DNA of 38,609 nucleotides from a virus (Duplodnaviria > Caudoviricetes): positions 1 to 38,609 of IMG/VR virus record IMGVR_UViG_3300048578_000333. The stretch is one strand, 5' to 3'. Of the stretch, positions 8,655-17,848 are shown piece by piece. The notes under the pieces are model-generated. The model did not search any database. It had not been told where the DNA came from and saw only the letters and a program-made list of their open reading frames with translations. A program made the position numbers and the translations under genes. Numbering within the stretch: position 1 is the stretch's first letter; every line of letters begins with the position of its first letter.

Positions 8655-9342
8655 TCGTGAAAAGCTCAAGGCGAAGATCCGCGCCCTCCGGGAGATGACC
8701 TCGGCGCGTGGCTGCACCGAAGACGAGGCGATGGCCGCTGCCGCCAAAGCCGCTGAGTTGATGCGCGAGTATGGCGTCTCGGACGTTGAGCTTGAGACCG
8801 AAAGCGCCAAAGCCCGATCGAAAACGCGCGGTACCAGCGTGAGAGATCAACTCGTCTCCTCGATCCGGCACGTCACGAACACGGCCGCCGTGTTCCGCGA
8901 CGGCGAGATCGAGTTCTTCGGCGTGGCGCCGGGCCCCGAGATCGCCGCTTACATCTGGACGGTCTGCAACCGAGCACTCGACGGGGGCATCAGGACTTTC
9001 AAGACCGGCCGGCTCTACCGGGCTCGCCGATCGGACCGCACCCGGCGAGAGGCAGTGGCAGATTTCACCGAGGGGATGGTAGTTCGCCTGTCGCAGAGGG
9101 TTCGCGACATCTTTGGCGATACCCACTCCGACGAGGTGACGGCCAAGGCCAAACAGGCGCTGGCGATTGCCTATCCGAACACCCGCACCGTCTCTCCTGC
9201 GCAGGCCAAAGGTTCGTTCTGGGATGCGCGGGCAGATGGATGGAGCGCCGCCGGAGACGTCACGCTCGGCCATGGTGTCAAGTCTGACGCGCACGGGGCG
9301 GCGCGGATCGGCGACGGCCCGAAACTCTTGGGGGCGTCATGA
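8647..9342 (+). CDS. DUF2786-domain protein
   Basis: KIRALREM...GCTEDEAMAAAAKAAELMREYGV N-terminal signature. Confidence 0.8.
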   Translation: MLDREKLKAKIRALREMTSARGCTEDEAMAAAAKAAELMREYGVSDVELETESAKARSKTRGTSVRDQLVSSIRHVTNTAAVFRDGEIEFFGVAPGPEIAAYIWTVCNRALDGGIRTFKTGRLYRARRSDRTRREAVADFTEGMVVRLSQRVRDIFGDTHSDEVTAKAKQALAIAYPNTRTVSPAQAKGSFWDARADGWSAAGDVTLGHGVKSDAHGAARIGDGPKLLGAS

Positions 9343-9581
9343 TCCACATCTCTGATCACGCCCTCATTCGCTACCTGGAGCGGGTCCACGGCGTCGACAT
9401 GGACGCTTTTCGCGACGCCCTGCGCGCCGAAGTGTCCGACGCTGCCGTTGCCGCCGGCAGGGCGATCGGCGGATCGTATGCGGTCAAGAGCGGCCGGCAC
9501 ACCTACATCTGCCAGGGCGAGACAGTGATAACCGTTGTGCCTCGGTGTGCTGCAACGACGATGATCGGGGGTGTGCGGTGA
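9339..9581 (+). CDS. Small hypothetical protein (ISDHALIRYLER motif)
   Basis: ATGA/GTGA coupling on both sides; ends with VITVV strand. Confidence 0.7.
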   Translation: MIHISDHALIRYLERVHGVDMDAFRDALRAEVSDAAVAAGRAIGGSYAVKSGRHTYICQGETVITVVPRCAATTMIGGVR

Positions 9582-9985
9582 AAGCCTCCCACGGCCTCGA
9601 CGGCATTCTCGGCGAGATCGCGGATGTGGCCGGCATCGCCGCTGCGCTCGCCCTTGCCGAGCAATACGGCGGGACGCAGGTTCACTTCCCGCGTGTCGCC
9701 GGGCCGGACCATTGGCTGGTGCTCTGTGTCGGCGACGAGGCCGCCAAGGCGATCTGCGCCTACATGACCGTCACCGATGCCGACGGCCACCGGAAGGGTC
9801 AACGCGGCGTATTGATCCCGCGCGGGCCGATGGCACTGATGCGGCAGGCCAAGAGGCGCTTGGTCAGGGAGCTGCAAGCGGGCACCAGTGCCCGCGAGGC
9901 AGCCCGCCGCGCCGGCCTTGGCGAGCGCACCGCGTGGTACACGAAGGCCAAGCTCAAGGACGGGCGCCAGGACGATCTGTTCTGA
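9578..9985 (+). CDS. Mor/C-family transcriptional activator (probable late activator)
   Basis: EIADVAGIAAALALAEQYGGTQVHFP, VLIPRGP and C-terminal HTH SAREAARRAGLGERT; sits last before the lysis genes, like Mu C. Confidence 0.8.
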   Translation: MKASHGLDGILGEIADVAGIAAALALAEQYGGTQVHFPRVAGPDHWLVLCVGDEAAKAICAYMTVTDADGHRKGQRGVLIPRGPMALMRQAKRRLVRELQAGTSAREAARRAGLGERTAWYTKAKLKDGRQDDLF

Positions 9986-9987
9986 TC

Positions 9988-10016
9988 TTGGCGGCCGACC
10001 GCCGATCGGCTACAGT
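9988..10016 (+). promoter_or_regulatory. Candidate sigma70-type promoter
   Basis: TTGGCG (9988-9993), 17-nt spacer, TACAGT (10011-10016). Confidence 0.4.
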
Positions 10017-10036
10017 CTCAGCATATCCGGAGCGCC

Positions 10037-10083
10037 CCGCTGCATCGATGCAGCGGCAGGAAATCGCCCCACCCGCCTAATGT
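10037..10083 (+). promoter_or_regulatory. Late promoter 1 (lysis operon): palindromic activator site plus -10
   Basis: CCGCTGCA-TCGA-TGCAGCGG 10037-10056; TAATGT at 10078-10083. Confidence 0.7.
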
Positions 10084-10107
10084 CGGGTCACCAATCCGAG
10101 GTGACCC

Positions 10108-10827
10108 ATGGCGAAATCCCCCCAGACTTTTGATGCATGGCTGATTGAGCGGCTGGCTGTGGCAGGCGTCTACGGCGCCGCTGTCGACGGTGGCCACGGC
10201 CGTGGCGTCATCGCCGCACTCCGGGCTTTCCAGGCTGACCTCGGCTTGCCGGTGACGGGCAAGGCTGACTCGGCGACTGTGGCGGCGCTACGCTCCAGCC
10301 CTCACGATCCGGTCGTCCCGCCGATCGAGCCGGTGTGGCTGCGCGAAGCGCGGCGCTTTATGGGTCTCAAGGAGGTCGCCGGCGCCGGCTCGAACTCGCT
10401 CATCATGAGCTGGGCCAAAGCTCTCGGCGGGTGGGTTGCCCGCTATTTCACCCATGATGGTATCCCGTGGTGCGGCCTCTTTATCGGCCACATCATGGCG
10501 GCGACGCTGCCCGAAGAGCTGCTGCCCTCCAATCCCCTTTCCGCCAAGGCTTGGACCGGCTTCGGCCGAGCGCTCACCGTGCCAGCGATCGGTGCGGTGA
10601 TGGTGTTTACGCGCACCGGCGGCGGCCATGTCGGCCTCTATCTCGGCGAGACAGCGACCGCCTACCGCATCCTCGGCGGCAACCAAAGCGACAGCGTGTC
10701 AGTCACCTGGATCGCCAAGACGCGCCTCGCCGCCATCCGTTGGCCGGCGACTGTCGCCGCGCCGGTAACCGGCGGTCGCATCCATCTCAAGGCCGACGGC
10801 TCCCCTCTCTCAATCAACGAGGCATGA
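10108..10827 (+). CDS. Endolysin: peptidoglycan-binding domain plus NlpC/P60-like (TIGR02594-type) peptidase
   Basis: ALRAFQADLGLPVTGKAD; PWCGLF...GGGHVGLY...ILGGNQSDSV. Confidence 0.9.
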   Translation: MAKSPQTFDAWLIERLAVAGVYGAAVDGGHGRGVIAALRAFQADLGLPVTGKADSATVAALRSSPHDPVVPPIEPVWLREARRFMGLKEVAGAGSNSLIMSWAKALGGWVARYFTHDGIPWCGLFIGHIMAATLPEELLPSNPLSAKAWTGFGRALTVPAIGAVMVFTRTGGGHVGLYLGETATAYRILGGNQSDSVSVTWIAKTRLAAIRWPATVAAPVTGGRIHLKADGSPLSINEA

Positions 10828-11441
10828 TCATGTTCGCTTCCGCTTTGATTTTTCTCTCAGCCCTGTTCATCGGCTGGCTGATGCTGTCGCCCTGCCGGTG
10901 GCCTCGCCTCAAGGAGGTGCTGGTAAGTGCGGTCGTAGCCGCGATGGTGGTTTTCGTGGCAGCTCCGGCCTGGGCGGCCGATGCCATCGCCGACAGCCAC
11001 ATCACCATTCCGATCGGTGACTGGCTCTCCGAGTTGCTGGTACCGCTGTTCGCGGCGATCGCCGGCATCATCACTTGGTTGATCCGCAAGCTACCGTCGG
11101 CGGCCAAGGCGTGGCTTGACACGTTGCGTATCGAGCAGTTGCTCGACCGGGCGATCGCCTACGGCCTCAACTCGGTACCAGGAGCCACCAGGGGGCTGAC
11201 GCTCACCGTCGATGTGCATTTGCCGGTGCTGGCCTACGTGCTGCAGTACGCGCTCGATCGCATCCCGGCCGCCCTTCTCAAGTGGGTGGGCGGCCCGACT
11301 TCGCTCGCCGAAATGATCTGGTCCCGGCTCGATGTCGACGTCACGGCGACGCGGCCCGATCTCCAGACGCTCGCCGAAGAAATCGCCGCCGGATCGTCTG
11401 TGGCAGTCGCCGTGTCGACCGCCGTCGGCGGCTCGTTGTGA
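10824..11441 (+). CDS. Putative holin / membrane protein
   Basis: About three hydrophobic segments; lies between endolysin and spanins. Confidence 0.55.
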   Translation: MIMFASALIFLSALFIGWLMLSPCRWPRLKEVLVSAVVAAMVVFVAAPAWAADAIADSHITIPIGDWLSELLVPLFAAIAGIITWLIRKLPSAAKAWLDTLRIEQLLDRAIAYGLNSVPGATRGLTLTVDVHLPVLAYVLQYALDRIPAALLKWVGGPTSLAEMIWSRLDVDVTATRPDLQTLAEEIAAGSSVAVAVSTAVGGSL

Positions 11442-11665
11442 GCCTGATCAGCCAGATCGTCCTCGCCCTGATCGGTGCCGCCGCCGCGTATTTCGAGGCT
11501 AAGGCCAAGGGTGGGGACGATAGCTCCGGTACCGTCGCGAAGGCCCTCCGAAATGCGCTCGACGAGATCAACAAGGCGATTACCGCTCGCCAGACTGCCG
11601 CTCATACCGCTCGCCGCGATCCTGCTGGTGTCCTGCGGGACGATGACGGATGGCGCCGGGACTAG
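11438..11665 (+). CDS. Putative i-spanin (Rz-like)
   Basis: N-terminal TM LISQIVLALIGAAAAYF, Ala-rich helix, overlaps a lipoprotein ORF. Confidence 0.6.
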   Translation: MSLISQIVLALIGAAAAYFEAKAKGGDDSSGTVAKALRNALDEINKAITARQTAAHTARRDPAGVLRDDDGWRRD

Positions 11666-11822
11666 CGCCGAGGCGATCGAGCCCCTCGCGCACGCGAGCT
11701 TTTGCGCGGTGGCACGGCCGATCTCTTGGTCGACGGCGGACACTCCAGAAACGGTCGCCGAAATCAAAGAGCACAACGCGGTTGGGCGATCCCTGTGTGG
11801 TTGGGGCGCTGACGGAAGGTGA
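11553..11822 (+). CDS. Putative o-spanin lipoprotein (Rz1-like)
   Basis: Basic N-terminus, hydrophobic stretch, lipobox LVS-C; two further Cys; starts inside the i-spanin gene in another frame. Confidence 0.7.
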   Translation: MRSTRSTRRLPLARLPLIPLAAILLVSCGTMTDGAGTSAEAIEPLAHASFCAVARPISWSTADTPETVAEIKEHNAVGRSLCGWGADGR

Positions 11823-11825
11823 GCC

Positions 11826-12044
11826 GTGAACGCTGAGGATTTGTTGCTGCAGGCGGAAGAAAGGATCGCGGCCGAGCGTGAGCGTTCGATCGCCGCCGCC
11901 AGCGCGGCCGTGTCGGCGCCAGGCGTCGAGACCTGCATCGAATGCGGCGCGGCTATCCCGTTGGAGCGACGTGTCGCCGCGCCATGGGCCACGCGTTGCT
12001 TCGAGTGCCAGGGCTTTTATGAGGCGGAGAGGTTGAGGAAGTGA
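11826..12044 (+). CDS. TraR/DksA C4 zinc-finger protein
   Basis: CIECGAAIPLERRVAAPWATRCFECQ. Confidence 0.9.
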   Translation: MNAEDLLLQAEERIAAERERSIAAASAAVSAPGVETCIECGAAIPLERRVAAPWATRCFECQGFYEAERLRK

Positions 12045-12430
12045 TGGACGAGCTGATGCGGTACTGGCCGGTGGTTGTGTTTGCGGTCGGCCTGGCGTTG
12101 ACGATCGCCGGTTGGGCAATCCGAAAGGGTCTCGCTTCGCAGGACGAACTGCGTGCCGAGGTAAAGGCCAGAACCGAGGCTGATGCGTCAGTCGAGGCGA
12201 GGATCGCGGAGAAGCTCACGCCCATCCTGGCAGCACAAACCGCACTCGCCGACCGGACGCTCCGGATCGAAACGGAAATCAGCCATCTCCCCTCAGCTCG
12301 CGACATCGCCGAGGTCATGGAACAGCTCGCTCGTGCGGACGCCCGGCTCGAGTCGCTCGATCGAGAGATGCAGTCGATCACCCGCGCCCTGACGCGGGTT
12401 GAGAACCACCTTCTGGGAGCCGTCACGTGA
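12041..12430 (+). CDS. DUF2730 / Mu gp25-like membrane-anchored coiled-coil protein
   Basis: N-terminal TM; RIETEISHLPS; ENHLL; synteny. Confidence 0.75.
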   Translation: MMDELMRYWPVVVFAVGLALTIAGWAIRKGLASQDELRAEVKARTEADASVEARIAEKLTPILAAQTALADRTLRIETEISHLPSARDIAEVMEQLARADARLESLDREMQSITRALTRVENHLLGAVT

Positions 12431-12732
12431 CCGAGTTTGTCGCCGACATCACCAAGTCCCGCCGCCTCGCTACGCTCCGGGTGGTCCGAGAGAACGAGGG
12501 CGCTGTCAACGAGAGCGTTCTACGGAAAGCGCTGTATGTGCTCGGCTTTCGCGGCCGTCTCCAGGCGGACGATGAACTCACGGGCGATGCCGAGATGATG
12601 GAGAAAGCCGGCCTCACGCGAACAGTTTACTACGAGGGCCGTATCCGTACGCTCGAAATTACCGAGCGCGGCCGGAGCTTTCTCAAGCGCCACATCGACC
12701 CGGTTCCCGGCATCGACTATCCGGAGACCTGA
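12427..12732 (+). CDS. Mu gp26-like winged-helix protein
   Basis: RRLATLRVV...NESVL...ITERG...VPGI; synteny. Confidence 0.75.
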   Translation: MTEFVADITKSRRLATLRVVRENEGAVNESVLRKALYVLGFRGRLQADDELTGDAEMMEKAGLTRTVYYEGRIRTLEITERGRSFLKRHIDPVPGIDYPET

Positions 12733-12733
12733 C

Positions 12734-13330
12734 ATGGCTCGGCCCTCCAAGATCGATCGACTGCCGCAGGAGTTGCGAGACGCTATCGGCGATCTGCGCC
12801 GCAACGGCCGTACCATTGATGAGATCCTCGCTCATCTGCGATCGCTCGGCGTCGATGATGTAAGCCGGACTGGCCTCGGCGAGCACATCAGGAAATGGGA
12901 CGCCCTGGCCAAACGCCTGAACGACAGCCGGGCAGCGGCCGAGGCGATCATGTCGCGCATGGAGGACCAGGGCGCTGACGATAGGATGGCGCGCTTCAAC
13001 ATCCAGATGCTGCACGCCAGCCTGATGGAGCTGCAGCGCGGTGAGGATGGAGAGCCCGCCCAACTCGATCCAAAGGAGGCTGCCCAGCTCGCCAAGGCGC
13101 TCAAGGATCTATCGACGGCAGCGCGGTCCGATCAAGTTCGCTTCGTTGAAGCCAAGAAGCTCCTCGAGCAGGAGCGACAGCGGGTCGCAGCCCTCTCCAA
13201 AGCGGTCGACGACACGGCCGCCGCGCTTTCTGAGGGCGGGATCAGCGGCGAGCGTGCCGCCGAGCTGCGCCGCAAGCTTCTCGGTGTTCGACAGGTGCCG
13301 CCGTCCGAGCCACCGGTGCAACCGTCATGA
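12734..13330 (+). CDS. Mu gp27 / DUF3486 family, probable terminase small subunit
   Basis: MARPSKIDRLPQELR...VSRTGLG; precedes the terminase large subunit. Confidence 0.85.
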   Translation: MARPSKIDRLPQELRDAIGDLRRNGRTIDEILAHLRSLGVDDVSRTGLGEHIRKWDALAKRLNDSRAAAEAIMSRMEDQGADDRMARFNIQMLHASLMELQRGEDGEPAQLDPKEAAQLAKALKDLSTAARSDQVRFVEAKKLLEQERQRVAALSKAVDDTAAALSEGGISGERAAELRRKLLGVRQVPPSEPPVQPS

Positions 13331-14970
13331 GCGCCCGCACCGAGGCCGACCTGCAAAGCTCCACGGTGCTCAGTTCCGAGCAGCTTTTCGCCGAGTTTTT
13401 CGCACCATCCAGCTTGCCGGATGGACACGACCCGCTCGCCGATGGCGTGTTGATGGCGCACCAGGTCGAATGGATCGAGGACAAGTCGCCGCTCAAGGTT
13501 GCTGCCAAGGGGCGACGGACCGGTATCACTTATGCCGAAGCACTGGATGACACGCTCACGGCGGCGACCCGGAGGAGCGACGGCGGCCAGAACGTCTACT
13601 ACATCGGCGACACAAAAGAAAAAGGCCTGGAATTCATCCGCTATGTCGCACATTTCGCGTTGGTTGTGTCCCACGAACTGGCACCGACAATCCAGGACTA
13701 CATGTTCCCAGATGAGCAGCCCGACGGAAGCACTAAGTTTATCGCCTCGTATCGTGTGACCTTTGCCAGCGGCTTCCAAACTGTTGCCCTGTCGTCGCGG
13801 CCGTCGAACATCCGCGGCCTGCAGGGCATCGTCGTGATCGACGAGGCGGCCTTTCACAAGGACGTTGCCGACGTCCTGGACGCGGTCAACGCCCTGCTGA
13901 TCTGGGGCGGCAAGATCCGCATCATCTCGTCGCAGAACGGGGAAGACAACCCGTTCAACATCCTCATCAAGGATACCGAGGCTGGGCTCTACGACTACAG
14001 CGTCCACCACATTCCGTTTTCACTGGCTATCAAAAACGGCCTCTATGACCGCGTCCGTCTCATGATCGGCGACGAGGCCTGCGCGTTGCGCGGATGGACG
14101 CCGGACCGTTCTGGTTTTGATAAATGGGTTTCGACAATCGTTCGGTCCTATGGTCCGCGCGTTGAGGCACGCGACGAGGAGCTGGAGGCTATCCCGCGCA
14201 AGTCGTCGGGCGTCTACTTCCCTCGAGCACTGATCCAGAAGGCTCAAGATCCCGCCATCCCGACCATAGCTTGGTCGGTGGCCGAGAACTTCTTTCTTCG
14301 CGACGATCGTATGGTCGAAGCAAAGCGCTGGGTGGAGGATCATCTGAAACCTCACCTGCGCCGCCTTGTCCCCTATCGACGGACAGTGTTTGGCCAGGAC
14401 TTCGGCCGCAATGGCGACCTATCGGCCATCCTGGTCGCCCAACAAGAGGATTCTATCCGCTGGCGATCGTCATTTCAGGTGGAGCTACGGCGCGTTCCCT
14501 TCGACGTGCAGCGCTTCGTCGCTTTCGAGATTCTGGACGCGCTCCCCAACTGGCTCGCCAAGTTCGACGCGCGAGGCAACGGCCAAAGCCACGCCGAAGC
14601 AGCCGCTCAAAAGTATGGGACTGAGCGCGTCGAGTGCGTGATGTTCACCGCCTCATGGTACGCGCAGCACTTTCCTGACTACAAGGCGGCGCTGAGCGAC
14701 CAGAGCTTCATTCTTCCGGGCGGCGAGGACGTTGTTGCCGATCACCGACTGGTCGTCTTGCGCAACGGCTTTCCGGCAATGTCAGCCGACCATGTGAAAG
14801 GCACCGACGGCGAAGACCGTCATGGCGACGGAGCTGTCGCCGGAGTGCTCGCCCATGCCGGGACCCAAGTAGAACTGGGCGAATACGACTACCGGACCGC
14901 CGGTGCCGCCGACGAAGGCCCAATGCCTGGCAGTCACGGCGAAGACCCCTCCGGCCGAGGCCTCTGGTGA
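13327..14970 (+). CDS. Terminase large subunit (Mu gp28-like)
   Basis: KGRRTGIT, LSSRPSNIRGLQG, VVIDEAAFH, GQDFGRNGD, RHGD. Confidence 0.95.
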   Translation: MSARTEADLQSSTVLSSEQLFAEFFAPSSLPDGHDPLADGVLMAHQVEWIEDKSPLKVAAKGRRTGITYAEALDDTLTAATRRSDGGQNVYYIGDTKEKGLEFIRYVAHFALVVSHELAPTIQDYMFPDEQPDGSTKFIASYRVTFASGFQTVALSSRPSNIRGLQGIVVIDEAAFHKDVADVLDAVNALLIWGGKIRIISSQNGEDNPFNILIKDTEAGLYDYSVHHIPFSLAIKNGLYDRVRLMIGDEACALRGWTPDRSGFDKWVSTIVRSYGPRVEARDEELEAIPRKSSGVYFPRALIQKAQDPAIPTIAWSVAENFFLRDDRMVEAKRWVEDHLKPHLRRLVPYRRTVFGQDFGRNGDLSAILVAQQEDSIRWRSSFQVELRRVPFDVQRFVAFEILDALPNWLAKFDARGNGQSHAEAAAQKYGTERVECVMFTASWYAQHFPDYKAALSDQSFILPGGEDVVADHRLVVLRNGFPAMSADHVKGTDGEDRHGDGAVAGVLAHAGTQVELGEYDYRTAGAADEGPMPGSHGEDPSGRGLW

Positions 14971-16580
14971 CCATCATGGAAAAACGCATCTTCCTCCCCG
15001 ACGGATCGAGCTACACCGTCAACGCCAAGGCGCTCACCGAGGAGCAGGCGACGGCGACTGTTGCCGGTGTCCGGTCGCCCTGGGCGAACACCGTGGCCAG
15101 CGGTCTCAAGCCCGATCGCGTCGGCCGCATCCTGCGGCAGTCGGCCGAACAGGGTGGCGACACCACGGACTATCTGACACTCCTCGAAGAGATCGAGGAG
15201 CGCGACGCGCACTACCGTGCCCAGTTGATGACGCGAAAGTTGGCGATCCGTGGCCTTGAGCCGCAGATCCAGGCCACGGCCGAGAGCGGAAAGCCCGTCG
15301 AAGTCGCCGACGAAATGAGGAAGGTCGTCAAGACCCCACGCTTCCGGCGGATGATCTTCGACCTCATGGACGGCATTTCCAAGGGGTACTCGGCCGTCGA
15401 GATGATGTGGGACACATCGCGGCCAAAATGGGCGCCGACGCGCTGGGAATGGCGGGATCAGAGATGGTTTCAGTACGACCGCCTGACCGGCCGGGAACTG
15501 CGGCTCAAGGTTGACGGCTCGACCGAGGGTGAAGCGCTGCCGCCGGGCAAGTACATCATCCACGAGCCAAAGCTCAAATCGGGTCTGCCAATCCGGGGCG
15601 GTATCGGCCGGACCGTCGTCTGGCTGTTCCTGCTAAAGTCTTTCACGATGCAGGACTGGATGACGTTCCTCGACGCGTACGGCATCCCGATCCGCATCGG
15701 CAAGTGGGGCCAGGGCGCCAGCGAGGCTGACAAGCGGACGCTGCTCCGCGCAGTCACCAACATGCTCGCCGATGCGGCCGTGACGATCCCGCAGTCGATG
15801 ATTATCGAGACGCTCGACGCCAAGCTCGCCACGGGCACGGATGCTCACGAAAGGGCGACCGGCTTCGTCAACGCCGAGATCTCCAAGGTTGTGGTCGGCC
15901 AGACCATGACTGCGGAGGATGGCGCCAGCCTCGCCCAGGCCGAAGTGCATGATCGGGTGCGCCTCGATATCGCTGAAGCGGATGCCGACGATCTTGCTGA
16001 CAGCATTCAGATCGGCTTCGTTGAGCCCTACTGCTCGCTCAATCACGGTATCCCACCCGAGGATTGCCCGCAGTTTACCCTGCCGGTGCCCAAGCCGAAG
16101 GACATGAAGAGCCGAATGGAGGTCATCAAGTCCTTCGTTGAGATCGGCGGCAAGGTGTCGATGGCTGAAGTCCGGGACGAGCTGGCGCTCAAGGATCCGG
16201 GCGACGACGAACTGCTCGGTGTCGGAGCACCAGCTCCCCCTGAAGGTAGTGGCGAGCCATCCGCTGCCCGGCCGCCGAACCGCACTGGCGCGCCTTCACT
16301 CAATCACGCTGCGAGCTGCCCTTGCTGTGGCGGGCCTCGTCTCGCCTACAATCGCGCCACCACCTACGGCGCCGACGAGGTTTTCGAACTTGTTCCTTCT
16401 GACTTCGAAGCCGTTTCGAAGCCGCTTCTGGAGCCACTCTTGATGGCGATCGACAAAGCCTCAAGCTTTGAGGAAGCGCTGGCCCTGATCGAGACAGCCA
16501 CACCGGACAGCAAGCCGCTCCTGGAGCGCCTCGCGGCTCTGATGACGGTCTCGCGTGGCATCGGCGACGTGAAGGACTGA
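14967..16580 (+). CDS. Portal protein (Mu gp29, DUF935)
   Basis: EIEERDAHY, KGYSAVE, YGIPIRIGK, ISKVVVGQTMT, SLAQAEVHDRVR. Confidence 0.93.
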   Translation: MTIMEKRIFLPDGSSYTVNAKALTEEQATATVAGVRSPWANTVASGLKPDRVGRILRQSAEQGGDTTDYLTLLEEIEERDAHYRAQLMTRKLAIRGLEPQIQATAESGKPVEVADEMRKVVKTPRFRRMIFDLMDGISKGYSAVEMMWDTSRPKWAPTRWEWRDQRWFQYDRLTGRELRLKVDGSTEGEALPPGKYIIHEPKLKSGLPIRGGIGRTVVWLFLLKSFTMQDWMTFLDAYGIPIRIGKWGQGASEADKRTLLRAVTNMLADAAVTIPQSMIIETLDAKLATGTDAHERATGFVNAEISKVVVGQTMTAEDGASLAQAEVHDRVRLDIAEADADDLADSIQIGFVEPYCSLNHGIPPEDCPQFTLPVPKPKDMKSRMEVIKSFVEIGGKVSMAEVRDELALKDPGDDELLGVGAPAPPEGSGEPSAARPPNRTGAPSLNHAASCPCCGGPRLAYNRATTYGADEVFELVPSDFEAVSKPLLEPLLMAIDKASSFEEALALIETATPDSKPLLERLAALMTVSRGIGDVKD

Positions 16581-16583
16581 CCA

Positions 16584-17786
16584 ATGGCCGAGGTCAAGAA
16601 GGGCTTCGGCCCGCCGCCAGAGGTGACCGCCTACTTCGAGCGGAAAGGCTTGCGGCCGGCCTTCTCGCATCTGGATGTCTGGTCGGCCGAACACGCCCAT
16701 GCCTTCACGGTCGCAAAGGCCACTGAGCTGTCGTTACTGGCCACCTTTCGTGACTCGCTCGGGAAGGCCATCAAGGAGGGCAAGGGCTTCGAGACATGGC
16801 GCGAAGGTATCCGCGCCGAGCTGGCCGCGCAGGGTTGGGTCGGGCCTCGCATGGTGGCCGACCCGACCGGCGTCGATCCGGACCGCATGGTCGACTTCTC
16901 CCAGAGCCGTCGCCTGAAAACGATCTTCTGGGGCAACATGTCGTCGGCGCGCGCGGCTGGCCAATGGGAGCGAGCACAGCGGACAAAGGCCGCCATGCCC
17001 TTCCTGCTCTACGTCCGCACCACAGCGGCCGATCCGCGTCCGGAGCACCTCAGCTGGGTCGGCATCATCCTGCCTGTCGACGATCCATTCTGGGCGACGC
17101 ATTTTCCGCCCAATGGGTGGCTCTGCCACTGCTCTGTGAGGCAGGTTAGCCGGCGCGAGAAGGATACGCTGATCGCGACCAAGCGGAGCGACGGCGTCTA
17201 CTACACCGATACTGCCCCACCTCTGGTCATGCGAGACTGGCGCAACCGACGCACCGGCGAGATCTCACGCATCCCGGAAGGCATCGATCCCGGCTGGCAC
17301 GGCAACCCTGGCCTGGACCGGACCAAGACGCTGCTCGACAATCTCGAACTGCGGCTAGGCGAGGTGCCGGAGCGGGCGTCGACCAGGGCGCTCGCCGATC
17401 TCTGGTCGGACCCCTTCGTGAAGATCGCGCCCAAGGTCGACGGAAAGACCTGGTTGCCCGCCGGCGTCAGCACCAAACTCGCAGACGAGCTGGGCGGCGC
17501 GAAATCCGCTGTCGTGTCAATCGAGGCGGGCGATGTAGCCGCTCGCATCGCCAAGCATCGAATGACCGCCGAGGATTTCGCGGTGCTACCCGACGTTCTT
17601 GCTGGCGGCAGTCTGCTCCCTGACCCACGCGGAGATCCAGCCGTCCGATCCATTCTGGCTAAGGTCGGGAAGAGTTGGTGGCGGGCATTCGTCCGCCGAT
17701 CAGCGAAGGGATATCTCCGCGTCACGTCACTCCATCAGAGAGACGAAGCGGCAGCGATTGCCGAACTCATGCGAGCGGGAAAATGA
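16584..17786 (+). CDS. MuF (gp30) head morphogenesis protein with C-terminal extension
   Basis: AFTVAK, RRLKTIF, AGQWER, RPEHLSW, FWATHFPPNGWLCHC, GIDPGW; about 150 extra C-terminal residues. Confidence 0.92.
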   Translation: MAEVKKGFGPPPEVTAYFERKGLRPAFSHLDVWSAEHAHAFTVAKATELSLLATFRDSLGKAIKEGKGFETWREGIRAELAAQGWVGPRMVADPTGVDPDRMVDFSQSRRLKTIFWGNMSSARAAGQWERAQRTKAAMPFLLYVRTTAADPRPEHLSWVGIILPVDDPFWATHFPPNGWLCHCSVRQVSRREKDTLIATKRSDGVYYTDTAPPLVMRDWRNRRTGEISRIPEGIDPGWHGNPGLDRTKTLLDNLELRLGEVPERASTRALADLWSDPFVKIAPKVDGKTWLPAGVSTKLADELGGAKSAVVSIEAGDVAARIAKHRMTAEDFAVLPDVLAGGSLLPDPRGDPAVRSILAKVGKSWWRAFVRRSAKGYLRVTSLHQRDEAAAIAELMRAGK

Positions 17787-17843
17787 GCGGCGGGAGGGTG
17801 CTGATCTCCCTCGGTGCGATTGGCAAAGGCTTGCCGCCGCTCA
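17780..17843 (-). ncRNA. Candidate small tRNA-half-like RNA convergent with MuF
   Basis: Perfect 10-bp closing stem 17784-17793/17834-17843; 5-bp arm GAGGG/CCCTC abutting the 3' strand; followed by TTTT on the minus strand; upstream promoter. Confidence 0.55.
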
Positions 17844-17848
17844 CCCAT

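Noticed and set aside
10824-10832. Met-Ile-Met start of the putative holin as a lambda-S-type dual start
   Set aside because: No charged residue between the two Mets; the first ATG is explained by ATGA coupling to the endolysin
17784-17843. Bona fide tRNA gene
   Set aside because: Too short, no D or anticodon arms of canonical form, no TTCRA T-loop; only tRNA-like in topology
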